Source: Macrostomum lignano (lineage: Eukaryota). Taken from it: 38,559 bases of DNA. Positions 1-10,940 of the stretch are shown here, piece by piece; the first letter of the stretch is position 1; each line of letters opens with the position of its first letter. Location: positions 1 through 38,559 of the forward strand of contig NIVC01004668.1 in NCBI GenBank assembly GCA_002269645.1, in the 5' to 3' direction. The position numbers were made by a program, and so were the translations under genes. The notes below the pieces were generated by a model. The model was not told the DNA's origin, did no database searches, and saw only the letters and a program-made list of their open reading frames with translations.

Positions 1-4
1 GCTG

Positions 5-1005
5 ATGATGCAAATTATCAAGGATGGTGCCCTGGTGACTAGTAGAAATGGAACTGCCGACACGACTGATTTGATGAATTATCTACACTACTCAATACAG
101 ATTGGCGAGCTGTTTGACGCGGGCTTCGGCCAAGCGCAGGTGAACCGTTTTAACGAGAACTACCGCACAATAGGCAAGCTCAAACTGGTATGCGATGGGG
201 CAAGGAGTCTTTCCAACTCGTTGCTAAGCACTCAATCAGAACTGGAACTCCGATCCGGCCAGACGGGGAAGATATCTGCTTGCACTTTAATCGCCGGGGG
301 TGCTTCCGGTCAAGCTGAAAATTCTGGCATGTCTGCCGTATCTGTTTTGAGGCCCACCCTGAGGCCATCCATTCGACAAAATACTGAACTCTGCGATGCT
401 CTGGTTTAATCCTAAATTTGTGCTTAATGCTTTAAACTTTAACAATCCTGTCGTTGGCAGTGCAGGAGTAGCCTGTGTCCCTGCTCGTGGATTCTGAACT
501 TGAAAATGACCTTGATAGGAATTTGATCCTAGACGGCATCGCAAATGGTTTTCGTATTACTGATGGCAAAGAGCATTGTGAGACTTTTAATGCCAATTAT
601 ACGTCTACTGCTGCATGTCTACCGCGCTGTTGAGCTGCAAATTAAGGAAGAGATTGAGAATGGCAGGTACGTGGTGGTCAGCCTACGATGTTCAGCCCTC
701 TGGGAGCTATTCCAAAGGATAATGGTAAGGTTCGCCCTATTCACGACTGCAGCACGCCTCTCGGCTACTCGGTCAGTGACAGTTATACGAAGAAGCTGAG
801 CCCCAGGTTTGAGTCCGACAAGAAGGTTGCAGCCTCTATCAGCAAGGGGGTTCATGGCAAAGCTTTATTTGTCGCATCGCACAGAAGTGTGGCGATTCAT
901 CCGGATGATTACCAGGCGACTGGCATTGGTTGGCGCTTTAAAGGCAACCGTAATCTGACATGGCTAGTCTGATTTTCTGGTTGCGGCCGAGAGCGAGGAA
1001 GCAGT
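5..1005 (+). mobile_element. Decayed DIRS/Ngaro-type (tyrosine-recombinase) retrotransposon fragment: gag-like ORF1 end plus 5' part of reverse transcriptase
   Basis: Across frameshifts, ORF1 reads YR..RQAQTGMRWG followed by a zinc finger C-LHFNRRG-C-FRSS-*(TGA 316-318, expected Cys)-KFW-H-V-C-RI-C-FEA-H (277-357). The RT reads DRNLILDGIANGFRI (~510-555), VELQIKEEIENGRYV, SPLGAIPKDNGKVRPIHDCS, IHPDDYQATGIGWRF (~895-940), then DFLVAAESEE (971-1000). These motifs match DIRS/Ngaro RTs as I recall them. Multiple stops and frameshifts. Confidence 0.8.
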
Positions 1006-1466
1006 ATAAGTATAGCAGAGCACAAAGGCATTCTTTTTACGTTCTGCTCACAATAAAAGGTTCACGAGCTACCCGCAGTTTCTCTTTGGCCATACGAGTG
1101 TCTATCTTAGTGCTATAGGAGTAAGCTATGCTTTGTAGAGAGCATTTAGATCCTGCTTTACAACAATTTTGTTGACCACGCGGAGGGCGCATAGCTTAAT
1201 TGAGGCTGTCTGTACGCATTAGAGAAAAATGGTTCGAAATTTGCACAATGAATGTACAGTCTTCAACTATCTTGCACTGACTGGCCTATCCTGCGCATCC
1301 AGGTGTGTCTCTGGTCCGCCTCACTCGTTGGCTCTCTGCCCCTCTGTCAACAACCGCATAAGTAGCGCATGAAGCAGAACTTCCAAATGAGCCCGAAGCA
1401 TCTGCAACAGTCTGCCAAAGCAACAGCTAGCTCGTAATCAGCGGAAAAGAAAGTAGCTCGATAACG

Positions 1467-3337
1467 ATGTCTGATGCGTGTACATCATCGAATTTGGAAG
1501 CTGGAATTGGTGAGCTGCAAATAACCGATGAGGAGCATGCGGAGTTTGTGCAGCATCTTTACACCAAGCAACCAAAGCGCCTGGAACAGTCCGGCAAAGC
1601 AGCCGAGCGACTGAGGCAGCCGGCGCGGCCCCGGTCGGGAGTTTCCGTTTCGGGCGCGCTGCAACCCAGCCAGCTGGTGCAGCAGCAGCAGCAGCAGCAG
1701 CAGCATGTTTCAAGCCCGGTAACACCACAAGGGCGAGGCATGCATTCGCCCTACCAACAGTGGGAAGGAGCTGTTCAGCAGCAGCAGCAGCTAATTCAGC
1801 GTACGCAACCGCAGGCGCAAGGCTTCGACGACACGGGCGAAGGTTTTGAAAGCCTGCTGGAGCTGTTGAACGGACCTACGGATCCGGGACCACCGAGCGG
1901 AGGCGCCTGCATGCCAGGTAGCAGGGCGGACATCATCATCAACGCTCCAATGATGGTCCCCGCGCAGCCGCCACCACCACCGCCGCCACCGCCGCCGCCG
2001 GCACCGCCGGCTGCCGAGTCCCGCTCTGGTCCGAGCAAGGCGCCAGTGTCTGAGCAAACGCGCCTGGCACTAATTAAAAAGCTCAATCCCCAATCTATTC
2101 TTGTTGATGAGAATTTCAATAGGTAAGTCTTGCGTTTTTAGCACACTGGTTTTGTTTTGTCAGTAGATTTAGTCGGTTACAGAAGTCCTAAGGAATATTA
2201 ACCTAGCTTGTATCATCTCATACCAACAAGCTTCTCGTTGCTCAGAAGCAGCTCGAAATATGATAGCAGCTATTTACTCGAATGATACTGATGTTTACCC
2301 GGCCCAATGTATGTACATGCATTTCTACTGCACGCGGCCTGCAGCAGACTGAAGATGTTGCTGAAAATAGCGTCCTCGCGTTTAGTCTCCCAGCTTATGT
2401 AGATTATTGATGTGGCAAAGTAAGCAAAATTTATTACTGACCCATGAAATCAGATAACATGGTTTCCAGCACACGATAGCAATCTCATAAACCTGTGTAA
2501 ACACCTGCTCGCACTGCAGTCAGCTTCACACGGCCGTACTGCAAAGTCAACCACGTGAGGCAGTCGACTTTCTGCTTTGCAACCTCAAAAGGCAGAAGAA
2601 GCTGCTACCAATAATCAACATGGTTAATATCTGTGGGCACGTGAGTTGAGAGGCGCTTTGTTTAAAATTGTTGGGCTATTCATTTTTAAAAATTACAAAA
2701 TTCACAAAGAGTTTTTTATGGGAAATTAAGTATTTTTCTTTCATTCGTTGCCTCCTAACGATAAAGGAACTTGTTGCTAGTCTGTATAGTAAAGATCAAT
2801 GCACTTGACAGCGCTACTGGTATAAGTACTTTTCTTTACAACGTGTTCTTAGAGATTGAACTTGGTCGCACTAACGTTGCTGTGGAAACTAGCAACTGCT
2901 GCCTTCAAACTTTCAATCGCTTTTTCTCCTCTGTTCTGCAGACGCCGCTTTCGCTGTGCCTGAAGATGCGCCGCGCTGACCTGCTGTCGCTTCTCATCGA
3001 CTTTGATGCGGGACCGACTCAGCTGTGCTGCTGCGTTAGCGAGCGCACGAATCACTTTCACTACGCGTTTGCGAAGTGCCTGGACACCACCGCTGCCATT
3101 CAGATGGTGCAATGCTTGATCAGCTGCGTGGCTGAGAAGCACCAGTCCGACCTCATTGGTCTTCATGCCAAGGACCGCTTTAGGAAGACGCCACTGGATT
3201 ACCTGAACCACCGCATCTCTCAGCTGAGCGCCACCCAGCAGGAGCCGGACTCAGCTGAGCTGCTCGCTTCGATGCAGTGGCTGAAGAACAGCATCTGCCG
3301 AATGTTGCCTCGAGTTGAAGCTGGACTCGACTATTAG
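1467..3337 (+). CDS. IkappaB/NF-kappaB-p105-C-terminal-like ankyrin-repeat protein, copy A (~390 aa, 3 exons)
   Basis: Exons 1467-2122 (AG|gtaagt, phase 2), 2520-2640 (ctgcag|T ... CAC|gtgagt, phase 0) and 2942-3337 (ttctgcag|ACG ... TAG). The spliced frame is open: ...LVDENFNSQLHTAVLQSQPREAVDFLLCNLKRQKKLLPIINMVNICGHTPLSLCLKMRRADLLSLLIDFDAGPT...KDRFRKTPLDYL. This resembles NFKB1 DENGDSVLHLAII...IINMRNDLYQTPLHL (recalled). Confidence 0.8.
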
Positions 3338-3873
3338 CTTCTGATTGGTGCCCGATGTGCTCATGATTAGAACTCAACGCTGCCCTAGGGCTGAGCTTCT
3401 TCACAGAGAACTTTTGTCGTAAACATTGCACCGACACTTTTTCTGCCTTCTATCATCACTGTTAATACTGTTCGAAATTCATTAGATATTTATGCAACTT
3501 GTTCATCCGTTTTTATCAACTACTCGAGTATCTTTTCTCTTAAAAGGCGTTTCTATTTCTGATAATTATTACAACATCATATAAGGAAATATTTGTACAT
3601 ATTTTACAATAGGCAGCACACGGATGCCACAGTAAGCCTTTTTTATCACTACAATGGAGACTAATAATATTTTTAACGACAGCGTTGACATATTTCCCAA
3701 AAATGCTCTAAAAATACTAATTAGTGTGATAATTTTAATAACATCCTCGTACTTAGCGCTGTTATCCGCCTTAAATATATTTAAAAGTTTAATATTCCGC
3801 TCGTAAATAATGATAATTACGGCTGGTAACTTTTCAACACTATATTGCGCAAATGGGGAAGGCTGGCACACAT

Positions 3874-4125
<252 letters not shown>

Positions 4126-4502
4126 GGATGCTCTATCGAATGAAATATTAAAAGCTCAACGCGGATATTTTGATAATAATTAAATTTTCTTACAGTATCA
4201 GGAATGTTGAAACTTCTATTGTGTAGCGCATGGTGTACAATTTCCACTTCTTTTGCACACCTGGAAATGTACACCCATGTGTTTCTGCCCCAGAACAACA
4301 AAATGCTGTATATAAATGTATCAAAAATTAAGGCTCGTAAATACAAGGCCGACCAGTTTAGTGCTTCATGCAATACAAAGCAATGTCATTCCCAGAAACT
4401 CGGGTATAAAATGTCCAAAATAGAGTTGAATCATCTGGCGTCGGAGCATCGAGACTGGGAATCGAAAAGCAGAAAAGCTTTGATTAGCCTTTTTACTTCC
4501 AG

Positions 4503-4791
4503 GTGAAAAATGTCACAAAGAAGTGACAGTAGGAGTCAATCGATTCAACCAACCTGCGGACATTGTCAAAGTCAAGTTCGCCGGGTTCCCTGTGAAGTAC
4601 ACTGCGGTGGCAGGCGAGTCAGGCCAGCAGCAACCACCGCGTCATACAGCCAATGCAGAACTGGGGAGGCCCGACGCCAGGAAGCACCGGAAACGTACAC
4701 TTCACCAACCGGAAACTCCGCCAACAAACCAGAATGTGCCGAAGAAATCTGCAGCACAAGTGAGGCAGCTAGCTGATGAGAATTTTAACTC
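4503..4791 (+). other. Orphan exon paralogous to the 3' end of exon 1 of the IkappaB-like genes
   Basis: Acceptor tttttacttccag|4503 and donor TC|gtaagt at 4791/4792, in the same phase 2 as copies A and B. The open frame ends QVRQLADENFNS, compared with ILVDENFN(S) in A and LADEKLNS in B. Contains RKHRKR (4679-4696). Confidence 0.55.
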
Positions 4792-5689
4792 GTAAGTCTA
4801 AGGAAAGTTGAATTTTATCGTTTTATTCTTTCTTAATTATGGTAGTTTACTGGAAGTTTAAAAGAATCAAAACGATAATGTTGATTAATGTCGAATTTTT
4901 TTGACTAACTAATAGTCTCTGCATTTAAATTTGCAGCATCTCTGTGAGAGCCAAACGAGAGTAAATAAAAAGTCGCGATGTGTTCAGTAAGACTTTCGGT
5001 ATAAGTGAATTTCCAATGCGCTGTTCACGCGATCTCTTTTTGAAAAGTGACCATCAAGTCTGCTGCAATAGTTTGGACGCCTTCATAGCAAAACGTCCTG
5101 CCAACTCGACACGACGCTAAATGGAATCTTTAGAACACATTTTCAAATTCGATGTCGCAACATACTACTTTAAACTTCTTAAGAAGTAGCAGCTAATATG
5201 CTATTTCAATAGTTGACACTGCGTGTGCATCCGAGTAGAAAGTTCGTCCTTTATTTACAAGCCGCACAGCCCTAACCTTGCACCTGCCCAATTTGCCGGA
5301 AATTGCGACGCAAATTCCGTGTATTCGAAGCAATGCAAACATTTGCAGCTTGCATACTGAAAAACTCAATCGGCAATCGGTAGTATCGTTGAGTACTGTG
5401 TAACAAACTAACATGGATGCTGCTAGAAATGGAGCATTATTGTGCACACTCGCAGCTTCATTTGTACTGCAGAGTGAATTCAGAGTAATGAATGCACTCC
5501 GTCTTGTGCTAGAAATTACAAGAAATTGAATGTACACTCGGTTCTCTCTCTACCCCAGACCTACCCTCTGACAATCTACCCTCATAAACACTTAAAAGCA
5601 AGCCAAGGCAGCACTCGAATACACGAGCGTAGTGTTTATAAAGAAGTTGAATTAATTCGTCTGCGGCAAAGAAGGAAGCTGATAAAAAA

Positions 5690-7014
5690 ATGTCTGACAA
5701 TACTGTGGAATCTCCAATATCAAAGCTCGAGTCTGGAATTGGTGAGCTGCAAATTTCAGGCGAAAGCGGCGGCGCTGGACCAAGTGAAGAAACATACAAG
5801 GAAACAGTTTACTTCAAAGGCAAAGACGTTCCTCAAAAGCGGTCGAGACAGTCGGCGCAGTCCACACCGCAGAGCGCTGGAGCCTCCGCGTCAGTGTCAC
5901 AGCAGTCCGGCAACCTGGTGCAGCAGGCGTTCTATCGCACCAGCACAGAGTACCAAGCCGCGCAATCTCCGGCGCTATCTCAGAGCTTCGATAGCCGGCT
6001 GGAGAGCTTCAACATTGAGGATTTACTCGATGGATCATTGAGCGACAGCTCCGCGGGAGCCACCAACCATGTCCCGCAGTCGCAAGCGCCAGCGCAGGCG
6101 GCAGCCTTACCAGAACAGTCAGCTGCAACTGCTGCCCCAGGGCCGTCAGCATCCAACAGAAATTTCATCTTATCAGCCGACACTCGCATGGCTCTGCTTA
6201 ACAAGCTAAAGCGAACTCTCGCTGATGAGAAACTTAATTCGTGAGTTCTCGGGGAAAAGAGTGTTTAGCGGCCAATCGACTCCTTAGACTGCTATCAATT
6301 TTAGTATATTTTTCTTCAAATGCTCGTAATAAGCCTCAAGAGTAGAAGCCATCGTTAATGTCTTACAGAAAACAACACGCAAGACAACTTGCAACAATTC
6401 ACATTACAGACAGCTTCACAATGCCGTGTTGCAAAATAAGCCAAGAGAAGAATTTGAAAATTTGCTTTGCGATCTCAACTGCCGGGAGAATCTGGTGCCA
6501 ATAATTAACTTGGTTAATGTTAATGGTCAGGTGAGTTCTCTGCTGCTACCTTGCATTCTGAACGTTTTTGCAATGCGTCATTAAGCAGTGTTACTCTTTG
6601 GTATCAAATTTGCAGACTCCGCTGTCACTGTGCCTGAAAATGCGCCGTTCCGACCTGATCCCGCTGCTGATCGACTTCGATGCCGCTCCCGCCCAGCTCT
6701 GCGGTCCTGCAAGCCACCGAACCAACCACTTCCACTACGCCTTCTCAAAGTGTTTGGACTCGGTTCCATCTGTCCAGATGGTGTGCAGCCTCATCAGCGG
6801 TGTGAGCGCGCGACATCAGTCAGACCTGCTGGGCCTCCTGGCCAAGGATCTGAATAACAGGACGCCGCTGGACTACCTGAACAACATCATTTACAAGCTG
6901 AACGCCAGCCGTCAGGACGCGGCCTCAGTAGAGTTGCTGTCGCACATGCAGGGGCTGAAGAGCCTCGTTTGCAGCGTGATGCCGCGGCTGGTTCCCGGGC
7001 CGCAGAACGGCTGA
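5690..7014 (+). CDS. IkappaB/NF-kappaB-p105-C-terminal-like ankyrin-repeat protein, copy B (~356 aa, 3 exons)
   Basis: Exons 5690-6240 (TC|gtgagt), 6410-6530 (attacag|A ... CAG|gtgagt) and 6616-7014 (tttgcag|ACT ... TGA). Exon 2 is 121 nt, as in copy A. Spliced: LADEKLNSQLHNAVLQNKPREEFENLLCDLNCRENLVPIINLVNVNGQTPLSLCLKMRRSDLIPLLIDFDAAP...KDLNNRTPLDYL. Confidence 0.82.
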
Positions 7015-9040
7015 AAAAACTGCTGCATCAGCTCTGCTGTAATAAGCCAGCAGCACTTTTGTTTCTTTGCAGTGAATCAGTGTTCAACACGAGATCCTTA
7101 ATACTTTGGCTATCTGATATTAATATTGAAAATCGTTTTATAAGCATTATACTTTACAGGAAAGGTACGAAAGTATATCAATCTAACAATTAAGTTTGAG
7201 TTATTGAATTTGTAAAATTGTACTGCCTACTCAAGGATTTAGTAATATTTATTATGCTAGAATACTAATGTACGGCTGCAGTCATTTTCTAATACTCGTT
7301 TTCGGCTTTTGTACTGTTATTACTATAGTATCTGTCATTGACTCAGCGTTATTACATTATTCTGTATATCGACTATTATAAGAACTGTAACATGGCACTT
7401 AAAATTGTAATGATTAGCTCGTATAATAGTCACCTTATTTCTTCCTGTAATTAATCATCGCTATTGAAATATATCTTATTTTAAATTCTGCTTTAAGCCT
7501 ACTTAATTACCCGGTAATGCCGCTAGTAGCTTGGATTACTGAGCTGAGATTGTTCAAATCAATTTACAGTTAGTTCACGAAGACTTTCAATACTGATTTG
7601 AGCAGGATTGACCCGCGAAGCTACCAGTGGGTAATTTGAACCGGCCTCTCCTTGCAGACGTTTCAGGTTGAGCTAGATGCAGGCATTATTCCCCGAAGAC
7701 TGACACACTAAATATAGGGTATGTTGCGCTGGTTGGATGAGGCATGCACATAGACTCAGGGCTGTTTACTCCTACCTTATTGGGGCCATCCATTTCACTG
7801 CACGAGGGTGCCCTGCTTGGTAATTCTATGCACACATAAGGAAGTTGGAACTTAGAAGATGCACTATTCCCATGAACCTTCGCTACATAGCGGGTGTTTA
7901 ACAATCTGTTTGATTTTAAATTGACACTGCTGTGCAACGTTACGTAACGCACTTTACACCCAAAGAGGCCGGATTCGTTTCAAACAACAAAGTATTTTTA
8001 ACAAAGTCCTTCTTTGAACTTTTCTGCCGCATAGAGAATGAGCTTATATCAATGTTCAATGTTATTATTTTAGTAACATATTCATAATCATCATATTCAT
8101 AACTAGTTGTGCACGCCGAAAGTGCTGATTTTTATGTTTTATGATATTATTTGAGGTGAGCTAATTAACAAAATAAAGAAAAGTACGAAAAGCTGGCGAA
8201 TAATTATTTTTTTCGAAGTAACGATAGTGAAAATCGCATATCTTAAGCTTTAGGGCAAGTTGCATTGTGGCTTGTGTCATGACCTAGATGAATTTTTCCA
8301 GAAGTTTCCAATACGTCTCCACCTTCTACTCGTAGAGTAATTGTGTAAAACTCTGTATCCTCTGCCGTGCCGTGAGGGTCTTGTAAATTGGAAACTGGCT
8401 CAATGAAACACTTGTGACGGTTGTGAATAATTACAGATTATTGTATTGTCCGAATTCTTGCTCATTGAGGGAATCACTGAAGTGCTGTTGCTCATAGGGA
8501 GAGGGGGTTTGAAGATGCCAAGAGTCAATTGGCAGTTTTTGGTAGGCCAAGCGTCAGGGCAGTCAGAGTTAAGCTATGGATTAAAGGGAGACTTTTATGC
8601 CAAAGCTCAAAAGGGGTGCTCATATATTAGGCTAGATAGTTGGCTTTTAGGGCTGATGCTTTTTGCTCTGAACATTTTTTTTCTTATCAAGAACTACAAA
8701 AGTGACAGCACAAGGTCAAAATCTTTTCTTTATTGCCTCCCTAACAGTAGGTGCGCAGGTTGGTACTATTTTCTTTAAAAGCGAAAGATTTTTATCAGAA
8801 TTCAAACTTCGTCAACATTTCAGTGGTTTTCTCGGCTAAGAATGTTTTTGCAGAATAACACTGTACATCACGAGCGCAAATATTTAGATCTTAGTTTAAA
8901 CTGTTGCTGCATAAGTTCATGCTTCTTTCATCATCTTTCCTACCCGCGGAGTTTGTCAAAACTGAAATAAAAGATTTATCATAGATAAAGTGTGATTCGT
9001 CTAGTATTAAATTTGAAGCAAAGATTTTATTCTTACCAGA

Positions 9041-9475
9041 GAACATTCGCCCCCACAGAACATACGGCCCATAGAACATACGGCCCATAGAACATACGGC
9101 CCATAGAACATACGGCCCATAGAACATACGCCCCATAGAACATACGCCCCATAGAACATACGCCCTATAGAACATACGGCCCATAGAACAGACGCCCCAT
9201 AGAACATACGCCCCATAGAACATGCGGCCCATAGAACATACGGCCCATAGAACACACGGCCCATAGAACACACGGCCCATAAAACATACGCCCCATAGAA
9301 CATACGCCCCATAGAACATACGGCCCATAGAACATACGGCCCACAGAACATACGGCCCATAGAACACACGCCCCATAGAACATACGCCCCATAGAACATA
9401 CGGCCCATAGAACATACGGCCCATAGAACATGCGGCCCACAGAACATACGCTCCACAGAACATACGTCCCACAGA
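9041..9475 (+). repeat. 16-bp minisatellite (CATACGGCCCATAGAA)n, ~26 copies
   Basis: Period 16 (unit starts at 9061, 9077, 9093). It produces the repetitive minus-strand ORFs at 8891-9513. Confidence 0.95.
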
Positions 9476-9531
9476 TAAGTGCCACAAAACGTAATCAGAG
9501 ACAGGTATAGCATAGAAAACTTACACTGACC

Positions 9532-10817
9532 ATGTCAGATAAGGCAGTCGACGATCCAACGTCAATACTAGAAACTGGACATGCTATAGACGAAAGGCCA
9601 ACTTCAAATGAAGACAACCCCATCGAAGAGGAAGAAATCCTGTCAAAAGGTAAGCAGGATCCAAAGCAGCGAGCAAGAAAGCAGAGGAACTCAACTGGGT
9701 GTTCGCAGCCTATGCAGGCTGGCTGGATAGCTTCAGCTTCGGGCTTGCAGCAGCACGCGCAGCCGAACTACGAGTACACCTCGAACCCGAGTAACCCAGT
9801 GAGCTGCCGCTACGGTGGCATGACGCCGAAAATCTTGCAACGGAGTGGAGAGGATCGGCAGCAACAGGTGCGGTTGCAGCACTTCAGGGTGTTAACTAGG
9901 GGAGCTTGCAGTCTGTCGAGCGTTTATTTCAACGGCGATGCCGGGATAGATGCGTCGTTAGCAGGTACATGTAGTTCGACAGGCGTTCTCATGATTTCTG
10001 CATCAGAAGGCAACCAAGCTCCGAGTCTAATTTTATGCTGCATTGTTGTTCCTGTTTAAAACTTCGTTGGATTGTCAAAATTGAGTTGCTTCAATAGGTT
10101 TATATCGTTTCTTTTAATTCTTTTATTTTCATTTCAGACCGCTTCACATCGCTTTGTTGCAAAAGCAGTCAAGACACTCAATAGAAAGTCTGCTTTGTGA
10201 ATTGATTTGGCGTGAAAACCTGATGCCCACAGTGAATCTGGTCAATGTGCTTGGGCAAGTGAGTTTCCCTTCCTGTTCTTATTAAAACTGCCGAGCATTC
10301 AAGAAGCTTATTTCAACCCGCTTTTACGGTAAATAAGCGAAAGAAGAAAAGGAATTAGTTTGTCTTCAGGGAATTAAAGGCAATGAAAAATTAAATTTTG
10401 CAGACGCCTTTGTTTTTGTGCCTGCAAATGCGTCGGGCCGACTTAATCTCGTTGCTAATCGACTTTGATGCAGCGCCTACTCAACTCTGTCTCTGCTCGA
10501 GCGAGCGGTTAAACCACTTGCATTATGCCTTGTCGGACTGTCTGGAATCAGCGGCTTCTATCCATATGGTTCAAGGGCTCATTGACAGCGTGAAGAGGCG
10601 GAATGACTCCGATCTCATAGGCCTAGTTGCCAGGGACCGGTGGAGAAAGACGCCGCTGGACTACCTGAGCCACCGCATCGCTCAGCTGAGGGCGAGCCAG
10701 CAGAATCTGGCATCCCTGGAGCTTACAGCTGGGGGAATTGCTGAGACATCGAGGCAAATGGGAGGAATTGCTGGGATGTCAAGGCTTATAGGGAAAAGCT
10801 CAGACTTCAAGGCTTAG
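9532..10817 (+). pseudogene. IkappaB-like ankyrin gene copy C, probably disrupted
   Basis: The exon-1 start MSDKAVDDPTSILETG..KGKQDPKQRAR aligns with copy B MSDNTVESPISKLESG..KGKDVPQKRSR. Exon 2 at 10138-10258 is intact and 121 nt (PLHIALLQKQ...VNLVNVLGQ|gtgagt). Exon 3 starts at 10404 (TPLFLCLQMRRADLISLLIDFDAAP...RDRWRKTPLDYL). There is an in-frame TAA at 10057-10059 before the FNR|gt donor at 10097, and the 3' end is replaced by a repeat. Confidence 0.65.
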
Positions 10818-10940
10818 TGGGAAAATGTCCAAGATGTCATGGCTTATTGGGGGAATTGCTAAGACGTCGAGGCTTACGGGGAGAATTGCTGAGATGTCAA
10901 GGCTTAAGGGGGATTGTTGAGATGCCAAGGCTTACTGGAA
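10730..10940 (+). repeat. Degenerate ~29-30 bp tandem repeat (GGGGAATTGCTGAGATGTCAAGGCTTA..), ~7 copies
   Basis: Recurring ggg(g/a)aattgct...aggctta units beginning right after the codons for SLEL in exon 3 of copy C. Confidence 0.75.

Noticed and set aside
4204-4506. 100-aa ORF with a signal-peptide-like start (MLKLLLCSAW...) as the upstream exon of the orphan exon
   Set aside because: No convincing phase-1 donor to join 4503 in frame, and no recognisable domain.
8446-8778. 110-aa ORF
   Set aside because: Non-ATG start, no motifs, no convincing splice context.
8891-9513. Cys/Trp-rich repetitive ORFs, and the array as a possible CRISPR
   Set aside because: Pure 16-bp tandem repeat with no unique spacers, in a eukaryotic context.
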